Positions 12,539-25,989 are shown, numbered from the stretch's first letter. The stretch is 64,000 nt of DNA from Lingula anatina (GCA_051362555.1 CM120640.1:58506788-58570787), one strand, 5' to 3'. A program made the numbers and translations. Notes: generated from the sequence alone by a model not told the origin.

Positions 12539-13935
12539 CTCATCCGCCGCACGGAGTACTATGACGCCCCCCAATTTTGGACAAAACACCGCGGATACGT
12601 ATCCTGTCATGATTTACTTGGCGATAGTAACCAAATCATTTGATTTACCAACTGTCAGTTTTATGAACAATAAATGCTTGAAATAATTTTTTCTAATTTT
12701 GACTGATAGCTTCCTTTGAAATTTTTTAATAACTCGTCTTTTTTCTTTGTGGATCAACGTATCAAATGTGTGTCATCATTGAGATAGGCTAATTAAAATT
12801 GACATTTCAACATTGAGGATTACTAGACCTCATAAATACAAACAAATAAGGAAATATTGTTTTACTTCATTCCGCATGCTCTATAGTGATTGGCACGGCT
12901 ATTAACTGGAGACAAATATGTTAAGTAGGTTTGTCATCGAAATAAACATTTCCGTCACGGGAGACAAAAGTCGCCGTATCGGAAGCGAACGGCACTCTCG
13001 TGGTTTTTTGTCCGAATAATATGTTAAATGGTATTTTTTTTTTGCACCACGTTTACTCCAGCAAACCCTGAAACGTAAACTTCCCCTCTCTTCTTATCAG
13101 AGGAAAATGCCCGATTCATGAAGCATAACATCGACTGTTGGTATTATCACCAACTTGATGGATATATACGATAGGTTAAACTGACGTCATAGATGACGAG
13201 ACTAGCATAGTGACCAATCCAAAAACAAATATCATGAAACTATAATATGGATATCAAAATTGTCATCAATCACGATAGCGAGACAGTCATGGCAATAAAC
13301 ACCACTTCTTCTTTTGATAAGATCTATGGTGACCCTACCGGTCCACGGTGAAATGACCTTTGACAATTGCCCCCCCCCCCCCCCCCCTTAACGCTACCTC
13401 CACTTAATGCAAGACCGAAAAATAAAATACGTGACATACCCTTAAAATATAAAAGGAGCCTTATTTATTAAAAAAAATTTAGCTTATTTAGATGAATACT
13501 TTAAGCGGTAACGAAGATATCTCTTCACACAGATGAACAAGGAAGTATGAACATGAGTGATTCATGTTCCTGTGCTGACCGATAGTTTGACGGCTTAACA
13601 CATGTACCCTCTTTTATTTGACTTAAGCAGCCAGATTAAAAATCAATGCAGAGAAATCTGGGTTCTGTGCACACTGACAGTTAATTTCAGTTTTAATAAA
13701 AACGGATTTGACTCCCACTGAGGGTGGCTATGTTATGCTATGGTCACTTCACGCTTCAGTGTCCTGTCCACGACTTCATAGACCAGATCTCATGTGTCAC
13801 TTCCTCCGATTGCGATACGGCTACCTTGATCTTCAGTTATTTGACTCACGTTTAACTCACCCAGATTTATGGTGCCGTCTGAATCACAAATCACAAAAAA
13901 TTAATATCTCTTATCAATGTGTCACTTAAATTTGC

Positions 13936-13942
13936 TATAAAA
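13936..13942 (+). promoter_or_regulatory. TATA box of LPMO paralog 2
   Basis: TATAAAA about 100 bp upstream of ATG 14038, in the same context as paralog 1. Confidence 0.65.
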
Positions 13943-14037
13943 GGGCTGAACTACCCCAGTCAACTCAGAAAAAGCAATTTAGCAAGATACTACCCAGCAA
14001 AAGTATTTTGTGTAGAGTATCACTGGAACAGACGACA

Positions 14038-15804
14038 ATGTTGATGAGCTTGTATTTCACCCTGGCGTTCGCACTTAACGCCTTACCAAGTGTTTTTGGC
14101 CATGGTCGCTTGATTGAGCCTCCATCCCGATCTAGTCTGTGGAGATTTGAAGAATTCGTTGACTTAGTGACACCAAACTACAACGACAACGAGCTTTTTT
14201 GTGGAGGAGTTTTCGTGAGTATTTCATAAGATATTAAATGTAAACATAACCAATTGCATAAGTCAAAATCCATAATCTATATCCTTACATCCTCAGTTTC
14301 CTAGTTTGTTGTATGTATATTCATTATCTATATATTATGTTTTGATAATTATTCTTTGGAGTACTTTCTCTCAAGGGAAAGCGGGGACGTTTCTCTCTCT
14401 CTCTCACGGCTCTGCATATTTAGGAATAGTTGGCAAAACGCACTAAAATTCTGTAATAATTGAGCTATCTAAACCATACAATTTATTGCTTACCTCATCT
14501 TAGCCTAATTAGTTTAAAAAAGTATTCATTCTCTTTTTAGAGACAATATCAGCGCAACGGCGGCAAATGTGGCGTGTGCGGGGATCCGTGGGACGAACCA
14601 TCACCGAGGGCTAACGAAAACGGCGGGATTTATGACTTTGGAATCACATCACGTTACTACAAAAAGGGGCAAGTTTTCACCACAGAGGTCGACTTGACTG
14701 CCAATCACAAGGGGTGGTTTGAATTCCGCATTTGTCCCAATGACGACCCTTCTGTCCAGGTTACGCACGAGTGTCTCGATCAGCATCTTCTCCAACTTGC
14801 CGACAGCTCCGGGACAAGATGGGAAGTGAACACAGACGAAAACAAAGTGTTTGAGCTTCGACTTCGTTTGCCATCTGACCTCCTCTGTAACCACTGTGTT
14901 TTCCAGTGGAAATACCACACAGGTAAGTAGCCCTATCACATGTATTTTGGAATTATCTTCACGTAGTACGCATGTCCTTAGCCATTAACAACAACAACAA
15001 TAATAAACATGCAGCTAAAATAATTTGCAATCAGCTAATTCTGGCAGTTGCCCGTAAAGCCCATCAATTGTACTTACCTTTTTTGTTTGTTTCTTATAAA
15101 CAGGTAACTCATGGGGCACAGATGACCAGGAAGAATTTTACGGTTGTGCAGATATTCAGATCAGCGAAAATGGTGCCGTGCCGTCCACCACGACGGCAAA
15201 GCCTACCACTGGCACAACTAGCACAACAGCGTCAACTGTCAGCACAACCACTGCAGCCGTCTCCACAACACGTGTACCTACCAGCACAACCGCACCAACT
15301 ACCACAAGCACAACTTCCAAGCCAATTCCCACATCAAGTGTACCTACCAGCACAACCACATCAGCAACCAAAAGTACAACTACCAAGCCCATTCCCACAT
15401 CAAGCAAGGCTACCACCACCGCGCCTGCATCCTCAAGCACAACAACCGCCACTGTCTCGTCCAGCACACCGGCGGCATCCAACTTGATTTGTGTGGGCGT
15501 GCCACCATATAACACTCATCTTGGAGTCAACGAGTGGTGTACAACTAGCTGTAATGCTGTACCGTCGTACTGTCCCCCTACTATGTGCAGCTGTCGCAGT
15601 CCACCGCCGCCCGTTGAAACGGAAAAAGATGATGAAGCAAGCCCACCCGAGACCGGCACTCCAGTTGATGAACTGCCAGATAAGGTTCGCTGTGTTGCCG
15701 TCCCACCTTATGACAAAGATGTCGGAATTAACGAATGGTGCACAACCAGCTGTAATGCTTTCCCAGTGTACTGTCCCCCTACTATGTGTGCTTGTTCTGC
15801 ATAA
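14038..15804 (+). CDS. Secreted AA15-type LPMO, paralog 2, 419 aa, with long Thr/Ser-rich linker and two C-terminal six-Cys modules
   Basis: Exons 14038-14214, 14541-14922, 15104-15804. Same intron positions and 382-nt exon 2 as paralog 1. His-brace motifs HGRLIEPP and TANH. Two copies of CV.VPPY....G.NEWCTTSCNA.P.YCPPTMC.C. AATAAA at 16340. Confidence 0.92.
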
Positions 15805-16367
15805 CATGCTTGTTCCAAGTATACGCTCTTTTAAGTAAGCCGATTATGCATGAATCGAAAGAGCATTGAAACGAATCCCATCATTCCATATATATTATTA
15901 ATCGTTGAAAGTTTTGACAAATTTCAAAAGCAACAAAATGGCTTGCTTTCAGGTATTCTTGCATAAATGTAAGGCTTCTTATTTTAACATAAAATTTGGG
16001 GAAGACATTTACTTAAAGCAGACCATTTCCGTCCTTAAACGTAGCTTATGTTTGCAATCAGTGCTCTGACAAATCGTTTTCTCGTAAAATTTGTGAGGGA
16101 TTTTTAAAATTTTCTCCTTTTATACAACTTATTAAATTTTGAATATGATGTGAATTAACTTTCTTAATATTATTTTATGGATATAGAAAATACAGCATTC
16201 TATTTTTATGATTGAAAAGAACTTTGATATACATATATCTTTATATAAATTTAAATATCTGTATTTTAAAATACCAAAGGATATACATTGTATGCTACTT
16301 TGATATTCATCCTGTATCAGTTTGTCATATATTTTTTCAAATAAATACCCTTATTTTTTAAGAACTT

Positions 16368-16403
<36 letters not shown>

Positions 16404-16621
16404 GTTTAAAATTGGTAATAAAGCAAGTTTTCACATAAAAAAATGTCTGCCATGCTATTTCCACTGTTTTGTTGTTTTTCGCGGTGGTAATATATAATTG
16501 ATCAACACGAGTCCAGAGTCCGGTTGAATATAGTGCTTTATTCTTTCCTATCGAATAATTTTTATGCATATTTTCTGGGCCTAGAACACGGTGATAAGTC
16601 AAAACTGTGTTTTTCTCTGAT

Positions 16622-19600
16622 TTAGCCTTTCTTCTGTGTTTCTTGAATAGCTGTGAGAAATAGGATGTACCTCTTCTGATGTTACTGCTATTACTGGTAA
16701 ATGGTGGGTGTGGACTTTATATACCCACGTGCCACGTGCTGTTGATAGATTTCCTTAAAAGCCACCTACGAGAAGCTTACACTTATATTCACTTATAGAT
16801 TCAGCTTTCATAGTAACTTATACAGAATATATCATAGTTTGATAACTGATACTGCAGTGTATCGAGTTAGAGGGAAGGTTTGCCTATCATTTATTTTATT
16901 ATATAGCGTGTATCTTTGGGATGCTTGGAGATGGTGCGGTCAGGCTATATTCAGTTTTTCAGGTGTACATGCTACCTGAGGTGTACATGCTAGCTCTAAA
17001 CCATAACATTTTATGTATAAATACTACAGGGCATAGATAGGTAAACTGCGTAAAGAAAATCGTTATAACAATGCTGATAGACAGATGTACACAATCTTCG
17101 TCTTTCTGGATACAACCACAACATATTTTGTGCGGACCTTTATGTTCCAGTTGCCTAATTAGGCAAAATTGTCCACTTGTCTAGTTCACGCCTGATCATC
17201 AGCGAGATTACCTTAAACTGGAACAAAACTCACGGCAATTTTCTGACAATGTCGAAAAACTTAAACACCATTCACATGGGCCAAAAACTTTACCAAAAAA
17301 ACCATCTGTATCCCCAGCGCACATGCTCGTCCTACATAGAAAAAGTTAACAACAACGTCAAGCATATTGCTTACTGATAAATTGAAGAGGTAAATCGGTA
17401 AAATTATTTAGACATGTCTAAGAACACAAGTAATTTAATCAACAGTTTAATCACATTCTTCATTTCGATTCTCGATCGACTGCGCAATCCGAAAAAAAAA
17501 GTAAAACCTCACGCGAAATCTCATATCACATATCAATTCAAGGGTTGGAAAATTTCTTTTCAGTCCCTCTTCTTGTGCTTGATCAGAACTAGGCAATTAT
17601 CATCAATGCTTTATTGTTTCAATTATTACTTTTATTTTCTGTATGTCTAATAGTAATTTTCTCACCTGCATCTGAAGTTGGGACTTGTAAACATTCTGAA
17701 ATAAGAATAGTGCATGACCCTACTTAATATATGTCTCAAACATCCTAAAGGGTATATGGAGTGAACTTAATACAGAATAAGAATGGATTTTATATACAGG
17801 TTTAGATACTTTTCAACTCCATTCATTCAAAACACTGTACCCGAAAGCGTTGTCAAAACATTCAAAGCACTGTATCCAAACTGTCCCGACACTGACATCT
17901 TTGCCGGCCTCCGCGCATTTTTGAATAATGACATTTTACTTCTTACAGCAATCTAATGAAGTTAAACAATTCTGAACACGTAATTTCTAAGTCAAATGAT
18001 GCTAATCAATTGCAAAACTTGTTTAGATTAATTACAAAAAATAGAGAGAGAGTGAGAAAGAGTAGTTACTTCTCTTCTGTGAAGTTTTGTCAAACGTGGC
18101 TGGGTCAAGACACAAGCGGTTTCTTATAAAACCATCCGCCAAAACTTCGTATTCAGAAGACAGTGTGGGACGTCTGCTCCATACCCATACGTCAAATACC
18201 TCACAGGAACCGTTTGTAAACAGGGTCTGGCAGCCATACGCCAAAGCATAATTACTGTAGTCTGTGTGTATTATCCAGTAATCGGATGTGAATAACTCTA
18301 AAAAAGAAACATTGTAAGAAACAAATCGGTGTGTTGAATTTTTTTTATTATTCATTAATAAGGAACACAGTCTTTAATAATATATTTAATATTTTTCTTT
18401 TACAACGAACCGACTGACAGATCGCCACTTTTTGGTCAAATATATACACATACATATTACTGTAGGTGAGTACTTATGTCAAATCAATTACTTAAATCAT
18501 CTTAGAGCAAGGAGACATAAATGCTGTATGACTTACCACCAAGGTAGTTTCTCTTATACAACAGCTTTCCGGGCACTCCTGTTGTAAGCAAAGTCGCGTT
18601 AGCGTGAAGACACGTCTTATTTTCTGGCCGCTCTCTGAAAAGTAGGCAAACGAGATGGAGATTTAATGTATTGTTCTTGTTTTGCTTACTTCACCAATAA
18701 TCTCATAGTGACCTTCTGTCCGATCTGGGTCTTCTTTTCAACATTTCATTTATTTATTTCGTAACTTTCGCATCAGAATATGCTGACGAATAAGTCCATT
18801 CAATTGAAACGGTGAGATTCATATTTCAATGGTTACAGTATAAATATAGATGGCCAAGCCAACTGCAAATGGCAAATAAATTTCTGAAGGCAAGGGTTGC
18901 AGCACAATCCCCCTCTAAACAAGGTTAACCATACTGAGCTAGCGCAACTACCGGTATATGCCATCCTCAGTGCCATATGTTAGGTCAAAAATTCACACAA
19001 GACATGCATGATAAATCAATACTCCCGATAGATACATAAACCTAATGCCACCGTTAAATTCGAATACCGTTAGACCCAGGTGCCGTCACCTCCAAAATAA
19101 ATATAGATATATTCGATGACCCAGGTGTAAATAAGCGTATCTTTCGGTACGTGCATGTAAAATATTGTCACTATTTACTATTGTGTACTGAGAGGAGTAC
19201 ATATGTGGAAAAGATTGCAACAATCAGTTAGTAGAAAATTACAAAAAGCACTCTTCAGGTTACTACGCGGATGGCTTTATTCCAAGGTGTCTCTCTTTGG
19301 CCCTCGGGTTTCAGATTGAGCACAAAGGGGTATTCCACAATGACAATAACATTATAACACAGAGAGATACTCTCCAAAGATAAAAAAAGAGCAAGCAAAG
19401 AGCTGTGTTTGAGATTAAAGATAGGGGTGCCGACATAATACGAAAGGTTGCATGAAAGGTAATATAAATCAGGAATAAATGCATTTTGGTGGAATACATA
19501 TAGCTTCTATCACTGTTGCTGTAATTGTAATATGCAAGCTGGTGGCCTAAATTTTGGGAAAGAACGTCTGTACTTATTGTAGATGGTAAACTGTAATGTA

Positions 19601-20389
19601 TTCTAGTTTTGCTTACCGCGGGACAATGATGAGCCAGAGAGCGCATTTTCCTTAATAAGTGAGGCTCGAAATGTAAGGTATTGCGTATATAATTAATTAA
19701 TAGGCAGCATTGAGTTCCGCCATGCAACTAAAATATAAGATATTCGTTTACATGATAAAATTAACAAATCAATCATGATAAATCTATCAGGACGTACATC
19801 AATCGAGAAGTTTTGCTAAAGAACTGACCTCTGACAGTTGAATTCACAAGTTTAAATTTCTATCAAAGCACTACATGATAAATCTTTAAATTATTTGACT
19901 ATGAAAAAAATGAAACATTCTTTATTGCAATGAACCATACCCTGTATATCTGACTGTAAATTATTTATTCGATTTCAGCCAGAAGTGAAAAAAATAAACT
20001 GTTTAAACACAAATGCTTGTTGTGGTTAAAAATAAGAGTTAAAATGAAGAGGAAAACAAAAGATACTTTAAAAAGGGGGATGTTTTATCAATTAAAATTG
20101 ATGAAATGATATTTCTGATGGAGTGGAAGTCCCAGAAAGGAAATAGACATTTTGAAAGAAATCCTAGATTACCACTTCATAGGATAAGAATTACTACTTC
20201 ATGATAGAAGGCGACTTCATTGGTTAAAAAATAAGGACCCTTAGGAGACTTCGTAGTATATTACCACTTCATGGTACATTGTTTCCAAACATGTTTCAGT
20301 TCTGGTTGGATGTGGAAATTAGGCGTAAAGGTCAATATGAAGTTTTATTCTAGACCATGATTTCCAGAGTGACGCGTGTATTTGAAACG

Positions 20390-20424
<35 letters not shown>

Positions 20425-21276
20425 CGGGGGGGGGGGGGGGGAGGGGGGGGGAAGGAGTAACATTACTCAAGATAGTGCGTATTTTATCTCGTTGGAGAAG
20501 CTGTTATTTTCAGATGTTCTCGTAGATACCCGTGAGATTAACTTCTATAAATAATGTACTTAATTTCAAGAGCTCCGGTCCAGTGACGGAAAGCATAAAG
20601 CTAGTTTTTTGTTTTACCCATTTAGTTTTGAGATATTTCAGATTTCAGGACGAGTGAAAACTGACAATATTTGGACGTTGAATCATGGCAGGTCTAAGGC
20701 ACTAGATGTATGAGACAAACGAAGTGTATAAGTAAACACATTGCCTGCCTTTTAACTAGGGCATAAAACTGACCATGTGTGGTTTGATTGACGTACGGCG
20801 CAGGTTTATAGATATGGCTAGTACACAGCAGCAAGAATGTACGTCTTTCCACCGTAGGTAGAGAACTCTACTAGGCAGAGAGGTTTTAATTTTGCTCCAC
20901 ACTAGGTGTACATTAATATCTTTAACAAACCGTCTATTCCATTATTCGTGTTATAGAAGTGTCTCTTTTGTAACTATGACATAAATGTACGCTTACATTG
21001 GTCAAGCTTTCCCTGTGTTGGACAATTCATTATATACATACATAATCTATTTCACATTGTTACTTCCTAAACCATCATAGTTAGGAACTTGATACGTCGG
21101 GGATTAATAAACCTATCATTAAAGGAATTTGCAAAGGCTCTTCGGAATTCAATTGTGACTTGGGGTGTGGTCGACCCTGGGGGTGGTCTATTCTAATTTT
21201 TACATCGTATTTTATGCTAGGAACATGAAACATGGCTACATACTATTTTGAATGTGGAATGTCACTTCGGATTTTT

Positions 21277-21307
<31 letters not shown>

Positions 21308-24300
21308 GCTGGGGGCGGTTGAGTCTAATTGACAATATTGTTATTCCTGCTATATTTATCCTCAAGACCAATAAAGCTGGGAACGTAAGGCTATGGGGAT
21401 TGAAAAATCTGCCTTAGGGGGTGTGTATGGGTCCCTCTGGGTTTTTGTGACATTGGGTGTGGCCGTCCCTGGGGAGGTTGATTTTAAATTTTACATCGTT
21501 ATTCGTGCTTCTACCCTTACGCCATTACAGTTGGGAACATGAAACCTTCCGGGCTGATAACCTTACCATTGAGGATATGCATATAGGTTTCCGGGAATGT
21601 TAGTATGATATTTCAGGTGTGGCTATCCCGGGGGGTGGTTGATTCTATTTTTCACAACTTTATTTCTGCCATCTATACCCTTAAATTTTAAGGAACATGA
21701 AACGGAGATTGATGAATCAGTCATTTTAATGAATGTGCATGGGTCCTTGAGAAATGTAGAGAACAGCAGAAGCACATACAGAACTAAATGGACTTCCAGC
21801 CATATGCATTAATATAGGTCAGGGAATCCAATTAAAAACTAATTCAAGGCCCCACACACTCGATCAGGAATCCTAGCGTTTAACTGCTGTTGTGTCTTAA
21901 CACAAAACAAAAATGTTTATTTCCCAAGAGCAGTAATTAACATGTGTGTTTTATGTTAAAGAACAATGGGACTTGGACCCTACTAGGCTAGGATTCCTGA
22001 GAGTATGGGGTCTTGAATGGGTTTTAATTAACTTGACCTATATTCAAGAATACGACTGAAGGTCTGTCATTTAGTACTGTCTGCTGCTTTCTCTACATTT
22101 CCCCTTCCTTCCTTACTCGAAGACCGCCATCAGATTCACACATACGATGTAGTACTAGCTGGGTCGGTCCATCTCTGCAAGGAATCTTAAGTGCAATCTA
22201 TGGAATCAGCTTCATTGCCTGACAAACCACTAATCACTCCACACCCTAGGGACGGCCACACCCCAAGTCACACTAATGTAGCCCACCCATGCACCAAAGA
22301 CTCATGTTCTTAATTCGAATGGTCTAGGGGGAGATGAAATAAATTACGGTAATATATATGTGTACCATCCCCAGGGACAGCCACACCCCAGGTCACAAAA
22401 AAAAAAATAATAAAAAAAAAAATAAATAAATAAATAAATAAATAAACCTGCCTATGCACACCCCGACATTTTAGTTTCCTCAACCTAAAGACCTATGGGT
22501 ATATAGCAGAAAATACAATTGAAAGATAATAATCAACCACCCCTAGGTCACCAAAGTCACCAAAAATCCGAAGGACACGTGCACATCCCTAATGGCAAGT
22601 TTAAATATCCCCAACGTCTCATGTTCCTCACTTTAATGGATAGAGGATACCAGTAACAACGATATAAAAAATATATACCCCCCCCCCCCCAAAGGACTGC
22701 AAAGTCCCCCTACTAAAGGTCTACGGGTAGATAGAAGAAATTACGATGTAAAAATTACAATCAACCACAATAACAATTAACCACAATTCTGAATAAATAT
22801 CAATCTACAAGCCTGTTGATCTCGCAGACCAACTACGTTAGTTAGGCTGCTAAACAACGAGTAGACCTAACCCCCCCCCCCCCTCCGAACGCCTTATTAA
22901 CAGTTTCAAAATGCAGACTGTGTCGCAGATAATACTTTCGGGTCAAATGAGAGCCAGCCAAGGGCACATTTCGGGGACACCATTGATCACATCATGATGG
23001 ACATTCACAGGTGTAAGACCAGAACAGAGCATCTCGGAAACCAAGGGACAGACGTAAATCATTACACTTGCGCGTGTCTTTCCTCATGGAAATTAGTCTT
23101 ATAATCCAGTAACCTACGCGTAAATTATGTTTTCATAGCCTGGTTTACCTGATCTATTAGTTTTATGCATCAAGCGGATCTGGGAAGGGAGGGCCCAGGG
23201 GGTCTGGACCCCCTTTTCTTCAACGCTGACCATAATGTCCCATAATGTACTGATTTTTAGAAATACTGAATCCTCACCTACATACGCCTGTGTATTATAA
23301 AATTACTCAAAACATGCATTCAATACCACTAAAGAAACCCTATTCAGTCATACAAGTGAATTAAAACGAACAGTTTACCTATTTTGGATAATATTTACAG
23401 TACAAAAACAATATATTTCAAAAACGTTCTCTCTCATAGCGTTGGGCCAACAACAGGTACTATTTCACCATTATCCCATGAAGTCGCAGGCAATATCTTA
23501 TGTGGAGATGAAGTCGCAAAATATCCTATGAAGTCGATTTGACAGTAAAATCAGAGCATTTATCCTATGAAGTGGTAATATACCACGAAGTATCTTAACA
23601 TATGTGTAATATAGTATTTAATCGAACAATTTTAAACGGCGTGGAAAAAGTTTGAAAATCACTAAAAGCTGCCAAAATCTGAAGCGTTCCACATGTCATG
23701 ATAATCTAAGATATAATTTCTTTTTAAAATGAAAATTCAAGCCAAATGTCGAATAAAAAAGACACAATGTTGATCATGCCATAGTCATGGGAATAAATGG
23801 GTCTACTATACAATGATAGTAGGCCTATTTACCAGAATTACGACATTATATCAGGCTGGAATAAATACTCTAGAAATAATATACAGCATAAAAGGCAGGC
23901 GTGTTTTCTCTTTATTACAAATGTGAACACATAACCTGAATGAAAGTGGGTGGGTGGGGGGGGGGGGGGGGGGCTGTTATAGTTGATTATATGTCGCTAA
24001 TCGCAAGTCATGCTGATATCATGCACTCAATTTGGGCGAAAGCTTCAGGATTTAAGTAGGGTGCTTTTCATTTTCAAAATCATTCTACGATAATTTCCAA
24101 TAGCTTTTATTTGAAAGGCTCCTTTGAAAATAAGTTAAAAAGGAGGTTAAAAGGCGCAAAAGGTTTTTTCTCTATGTAATATTGTGTTCAATAACTAAAG
24201 CTTCATCGATTTAAAAAGTAAAATGTTTTGCCGAAATAAAAGCCGTGAAAATGTCAAAAATAAAAATTAGAGTATAGTAATTTGCATTTCTTGTTAATAG

Positions 24301-25029
24301 AACTGTATATTTAATGGTTGTATACGCCATATTTCCGTAATAAAACTTAAAATAACCTTACAAGATTTCTCGTCAAGTTCTTTTACTCAAACCCAATAAG
24401 CTGCTTACCTTTTTTGGGGAAACCATTGTTCTTATAATGGAGCATATGCCTACCTTGCCAAAATATCAACTTGTATGTTGCCGTCCTCTTTTAATTGATA
24501 CGTGTGCGTGTAGTCTACATATTGATCATACTTAGCAATGGCTGTTGGCGGAATCCATTTAAATTCAAACCAGGTACCTGTATACTACAACCAGACAATA
24601 GCCATAAATACAGATAGTCTTTATTGTTCGAAATAGCTCGGTTATGCCAGACATCAGTTTATGTGAACTGCTTCTGAATTGGAAGATAGGAGTCGTGAGG
24701 TGATAGTGCATGAGAACTTGTTTTTGTTTTTACATATATATAACTAAAGTAGCTGAAAATAAACTGATGATCACTATGGCATAAGGTGGGTTCTGCAAAA
24801 AATTTAAACTAAATCCAATGGTCACGATGAGTTGGAAACAATATGTGCTTTGTAACATCCAGATGTCCTCAGATTTGAGGTTAAATTTATCTGCTGAGTT
24901 TAAACGTTAGTTAATAATGGGCAAATATCCTGCATATTGCATACAATATCTTGCTTGGACTTAATGTTACAGATCAGCTCCTTGGAAGTTGAAAAAAAAA
25001 GGTTTAAACTAATATCCCTAAGCTTAATA

Positions 25030-25113
<84 letters not shown>

Positions 25114-25237
25114 GAAAGAGTTCGAAATCCTCTTGAATCTGGGTCTCGTTGTACAAACACACCTGATTAAAGACACCTTCAATTACAAACGCAAATAGCA
25201 GGCAACAGTAACATGTATTCCTGATACCTGTTCTCAT
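16622..25237 (-). CDS. Secreted lipocalin (ApoD/RBP4-like), about 213 aa
   Basis: Exons 25112-25237, 24454-24584, 18537-18634, 18070-18297, 17666-17695 and probable last exon 16622-16650, with consistent phases. Lipocalin motifs DF...YTGTWFE, YWIIHTDYSNYALAYGC and WVWSRRP. TATA at 25367-25374 and AATAAA at 16537-16542 (minus). The last exon is less certain. Confidence 0.85.
21100..22770. repeat. Degenerate tandem-repeat units in two oppositely oriented blocks
   Basis: gtgac(t/a)t(g/t)gggtgtgg...ccctgggg units at ~21156, 21447 and 21614. Reverse-complement units at ~22244, 22369, 22531 and 22744. Confidence 0.7.
21751..22101. mobile_element. Degenerate MITE-like inverted repeat
   Basis: gaaatgtagaga...caggaatcctagc (21751-21877) is reverse-complementary to gctaggattcctg...tctctacatttc (~21987-22101). 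Confidence 0.65.
25031..25110. repeat. (TA)n microsatellite, about 40 units
   Basis: Directly visible. It abuts the lipocalin exon-1 donor site. Confidence 0.95.
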
Positions 25238-25763
25238 CGTTCTTCTAGAATGAAATCAAGGTCTACTTCTCATCAGTTGTATCCAAGACTCCCGAATGTG
25301 GAAAACACGTCCTTGAAATCACATGATCTATGACGTAGATACGGGGGGCTTTCATCGTTTGATTGCTATTTATAATTGTTTTCAACGGGATTAAGGGAGG
25401 GGCATCCTAAAGACCTGGGTCATTTTCTCGGTTAAATGTCTTCCACCAGTTCAGGTATAAGAATTAAAGTATACATCGAAATAATCGAATTTGCCTTTAG
25501 TAAAAATAGTTTGTCACATTCTAATTCTAGTTAAATTACATTCTACACCCAAACTCAATATAGAGGTGCAAATGAGGTCACAGGCATGCTCTTAAAATAT
25601 TTAGTACACAATATTTATTTTAGGGTCCCACATGAAGAAGTTCGTATCAAAGATTCACTCTCCTGGAACCATGAATAATAAAAAAATAATTCATCGTCTA
25701 GAATCAAAAAAGGAACATACGTTACTGTCACAAATGCAAAACGTCCAGCTGTGAAACGTTTTA

Positions 25764-25989
25764 GGGTGCTTTCCCAGAGATTTAGATCGATCTAAAGATT
25801 AAGATTTAGATCGACCTAACTCCCTGGGGGTTCGCGCTAAATTGCAGGCAGCCGAGCGGGCACCATAGTTAATTACCCCCTTACAGCTTTTAGTAGGCGG
25901 GACAGACGCTTAAGCCGGCCAAGCTGACAGTAATCTAGTGAGACTCCCCACAGGGATAGATCGATCTAAAAATCTATGGAAATGGGGTG
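25764..25989. mobile_element. MITE flanked by TTA (PIF/Harbinger-like family)
   Basis: Imperfect inverted termini, internal tagatcgatcta palindromes and TTA on both sides. Related copies at ~35476-35712 and 38044-38282. Confidence 0.6.

Noticed and set aside
14649-15838. Val-rich antisense and Pro/Gln-rich alternative-frame ORFs
   Set aside because: By-products of LPMO2 exons and the ACN-rich Thr linker.
19311-19727. 138-aa minus-strand ORF in the lipocalin intron
   Set aside because: No recognisable motif, a non-ATG start, and it is not needed for the lipocalin exon chain.
24900-25170. YIYIYI ORFs (and similar FIYL/VCVC ORFs at 10005-10255 and 20357-20554)
   Set aside because: They are translations of microsatellites.
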